Shown in pieces: positions 60,301 to 64,000 of a stretch of DNA of 64,000 nt. This stretch comes from Camelus dromedarius. Lineage: Eukaryota. Below the pieces are notes generated by a model. It had not been told where the DNA came from. It did no database searches and saw nothing but the letters and a program-made list of their open reading frames with translations. Every line of letters starts with the position of its first letter. Position 1 is the stretch's first letter. A program made the position numbers and the translations under genes. Location of the stretch: positions 64,296,001 through 64,360,000 of the forward strand of contig NC_087437.1 in assembly GCF_036321535.1 (NCBI RefSeq). Direction: 5' to 3'.

Positions 60301-62549
60301 TGGTGTATGAGGAATGAATTATTTATGAGAAAGTTTTCAGACTGTGTCACTGCAAGCTAAGACTTAGAGATATTACAGCACCATCAGGGTAGTGATGAAG
60401 AAAAAAGACGGATTTTACTTAAAAACCAAACAATCGCCTCACTTTAATGGCATTTTATTCTTAAGCCCCATAGTTTTTGAATATGAAAGAGTATTCATGA
60501 ACACCCCAAAATGTCCAAATTAAGCTGCAATTCTATGAGGTAGAGAAAAGCACGGCTTTGGGAGTCAGAAGATGTGAGTTTTTATTAGCTTTACTCTTGT
60601 CACTAACTAGGACTGTGACATTCAGCATGAGTCTTTACCTCTCTGGGACTGTTCCTATACATTCTAAAATCAGCACTTGATTAGTGAAGGACTGAGATTT
60701 TCTTCAGTTATAAAATTTCATTAGGACTCAATAATGTTTTTAAAGTGCAAAGATAACAGCTGGTCTATTTTGATGCATGTGAGAAATAAAAACAAAGTAA
60801 AAAAAAAATTTTTTTTGGAAATATACAGGTAAGTAAATAACATGTCATCCTCCCCTGACCCCTGGAGCCTTTTGGTTCTATTCCTATCAGGTTTGGTATA
60901 CGAACTTTTGATCACTTAAAACAGTTGCAGTTTGTGATCAGAATAAATTATGTGCTGGAGGGGTAAGTGGATGTAAATGAGACACAGGGAGGCATCTCAG
61001 CTCACGTCTGCTAAGCACAGTGGTTTGGTGTCCGGGACAATGCAGGGATTTTAAAGCACTACCCACTTGGGATGTCTTTGAACTGGTCATTTATGTAATA
61101 TTTTTTAATGTCGTTCTTTAAGTTACAAGTAGAATGAACCATAATTAAAATGCTCTGTATGAGAAGTCTTACAGCAGAATTTTATACAGCAATGTCCTCA
61201 AGCACAACAGTTCTGACTAAAACCAAATACGTCATACTTCTCTCGCCTTTCTGCCTTCATTCTAGACAGGAAAGGGTGGTGGTTATTTTAGCACCATTGA
61301 TATCTGGACTGCCTGGCTTTCACTCACATTCTCAAGAATTCTACTTTACTTTCATTTGTATTTAAGAAGAAAGACAAGGTTTATTTCTCCTCTTTAGCAA
61401 GTCTCTTAGTTCCTTCAGTTCTTGCTGATAGGTTAGCAGGGTGGTTGGTTAAAAGGGGGATGGTCTAAACGTGACTGAAGACAGATGTTAAATTTGAGGG
61501 TTTTCTTACTTTCCAGTGGCACAATTTAGGCTCTCAGAAGGCTCGGCAGGAACAGAATCCTTCTCTAGGACCGAGGTGAGTTACTGCATAGCCTTCATCT
61601 TCCCAAGGTGGGAAAGGAGGGGTACTTGGGACTCTGTGTGCCAGTGTGTGCGCGTGTGTGGAGCTGAGGAGAATTAAGTGCTGACCAGGTCTCTTTAACG
61701 GTAGTGCACCACCCTGGCTAATGGAAGGAGCTGACTTACACTCTGCCTGTCCAGAAAAAGGCAAATAAAATATATACTTAGCTGACAAGGAAGACGCAAG
61801 TGAGGAAAGGAGAGAGGGTTGGAGGAAGCTGAGAACAATGAAGGTAAAATATTATTCTTGGCTTTTCTGAGAAAGTGTTTGGTTTTCCCGTGTCAGAGGC
61901 ATTACATAAATGTGAATAATGGTAGTACTGTAACCACCCCCCCCCAGAGCATGTTTTATGTCATAGTGAAATACATGTCTGAGAGCTGACCAATCAGTGT
62001 TATTTTTGAAAAAGCTGTCATCCCACAGAAAGAAGGCAGGTCCTGGCAAAATACTGCCCTCTCAAATATACTGACTCCATGGAAAACTGAATAGAAATAC
62101 AAGAATGTAATTCAGAAATCACTCAACAGGTTTGAAAGTTTCAATGTTATAAATTGTTATTTTCAAACAAGGGTCATTTTAATAAAACGTAACCCTGGTA
62201 AATAACGGCTGGTGCTGGATTTCCCATCCCATGCCACCACATACACATCTGCCCCAAGACACATGATGTTCTGTGGGATTTGTCATTTCACTTTTAACAA
62301 AGTGCTAAATCAGAACGGAATCACATTTTTTCATACAGTATTTAATGCGACTATAAGAAACACTTAGTCACCTTTAATATAATCATTTAAGAGCCTAACA
62401 GATGCAACTGTATTTCACAGAAACAAGGATAAGTTTAAGATCGAGACACAAAGTATGCGCTCTGAAGTTGCTGGAAAGCACTTGATCACCATAATTAAGG
62501 TGGCCAAAGATCTGACTAATTAAAAATAAGGAGTCATATAAGAAATGGC

Positions 62550-62555
62550 TTTATT
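62550..62555 (-). terminator. SLC49A4: Proximal polyA signal (AATAAA) of SLC49A4; others at 62723-62728 and 61380-61385
   Basis: tttatt on + strand, about 520 nt downstream of the stop, with an upstream UGUA motif. Confidence 0.6.
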
Positions 62556-63070
62556 AGAAAAAACGTAGTGTACATGTGGCTAATTTCTATCATTGATATA
62601 CCTCTTGGCTATTTTATAATTAAAATCAGAATCAGGGTTTAAACTTCTTTAGAAGTTAGTGGCATTTCTTCCTATTCTGATTGTGACTTAGGGAAGGAGT
62701 TATCTTCATGTGATAGACACCCTTTATTTCTTTCCATAATTACAATTAGTCCATCAGTAGTTTAGCACTGGCACAAAACAGAGGGAATTATTTAGGTAGT
62801 GCTTTCTGTGTAAGACATCACACTTCTAACCCCAGACTCAGGCACAGGTATGCCACTGACAGTTTTTAAACCCCCCTGTTATCTCTCAAGTCCCATTATT
62901 ATTACTTAGTAGTAATTAAATTAATGCAATCATCTGTAACCTAACAAAACCTCTGAATGAAGTTTCTCTCTCCTCCTCTTTTTTCCCTGTTAGATGTGCA
63001 ATTCCAAGCAAATGTGCAGTATGCAGTATTGATTTCCAGTCTCTTTTTAAACTCCGTCAAGTCTGTGCTA

Positions 63071-63186
63071 TTAAACTGAGACAACCACATCAAGATAGAG
63101 TCTGTCATAGGATTCCCTGAAGCACAGAATGAGGAGAAGACTGAGCAAACACGACCCGGGAAGGCACCAGTTGAACCAAGACAACT
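63071..63186 (-). CDS. SLC49A4: SLC49A4 (DIRC2) lysosomal MFS transporter, last coding exon
   Basis: Minus strand ttttgtcttacag|AG TTG TCT TGG... translates (E)[37 protein letters not shown], the DIRC2 C-terminus as recalled. Convergent position next to SEMA5B matches known mammalian synteny. Confidence 0.92.
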
Positions 63187-64000
63187 CTGTAAGACAAAAA
63201 CATGCAGTTGTGAGCGTTCATGTGTCACCAGCAGAACACCACCTGTATGGTGGGAGCAACCTGCTCTGCATTCAAAAGCACTTATGATAAATGTGCCCTG
63301 GAAGGCCTGAGAACTGGCTTTCAATAAATAGTGACAACCTGGAGCCTAAGTGATGCAATGTAATATGTTACAGGGCTTTCCTGTGGAATATTTTTAATTG
63401 ATATTTTTTAATGATTTTTTATCAATTTAATTCACCTTGATTTTGGTGGCCAAAAAAAATCTATTCAAAGAAAAAAAAATCAGTCACCTTCAAATGTTAG
63501 TTTGTTAAGTATTTTTAAAGTTCCCTCTGTCAACCATCACTCTTGTCCTTGTTTAGAAATATCTGATGGATTAGAAAGACAAATAAGAAAATCACCTGAA
63601 TTTTGAGGTAACACTTTTATAGTTTTTTTTGGATAGAAACATCTAATTCTCAGCAAAAACATCAAATGGTAATCATTGTATAATAAGTTAAAAAATATAG
63701 AGAGATAAGTAAACATAGAAAATTAATCCTAATTCTAAGACTTCAGAGAAACTACTGTGAATATTTTGGGTTCTCTCTAGTCTTCTTCCTACTAACATAA
63801 TGGTTATGTATGATGCCAATTACCAGGAAATTTACACGTATCATCTAAACAGGCAATTCAAATAATATTGTTTTTGGATTTAATGGAATCAAGAATGTAC
63901 TCCTTTAGGAATTCAGGATTCTCCACCAGCCAATCTGGGCCTCTAGCTACCAAGGTGCACCTGCCGCCCTGCTGACGGTGCTGCCTCTGAGTGCTTCCTC

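Noticed and set aside
62941..63324. 127-aa minus-strand ORF
   Set aside because: Wrong frame over the SLC49A4 last exon; the true frame is set by the splice acceptor at 63187

Overview
Mammalian genomic DNA, very probably a camelid (four tRNA-Ala-derived vic-1-type SINEs). On the + strand, 18 coding exons of semaphorin-5B (SEMA5B; 7232-25332) splice with GT-AG and consistent phases into 993 codons plus stop (Sema, PSI, TSP1 repeats, TM, cytoplasmic tail). The 5' exons lie upstream of the window. On the - strand is the last coding exon of SLC49A4/DIRC2 (63071-63186), missed by the ORF track. It is convergent with SEMA5B, with proximal polyA signals and a well-formed distal polyA site about 10.8 kb downstream (52276), suggesting a very long 3'UTR. 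Between the genes is an ERV-rich block. A deleted gamma-type provirus (42504-48690, -) keeps its PBS-Arg, RNase H/integrase remnants, env and PPT. It sits inside the leader of an older + strand ERV and itself carries two nested solo LTRs. Its env TM region is still an open 181-codon ORF. Other elements are solo LTRs with TSDs (one with CCAAT/SOX/octamer/TATA motifs), L1/HAL1/L2/MIR fragments, a Tc2/pogo-like fossil, MER53 and microsatellites. No convincing wholly new biological system is evident. The best leads are the long SLC49A4 3'UTR, the nested ERV with its env TM ORF, the promoter-like LTR and SEMA5B splice variants. Repeat family names and human comparisons come from recall, not from searches.
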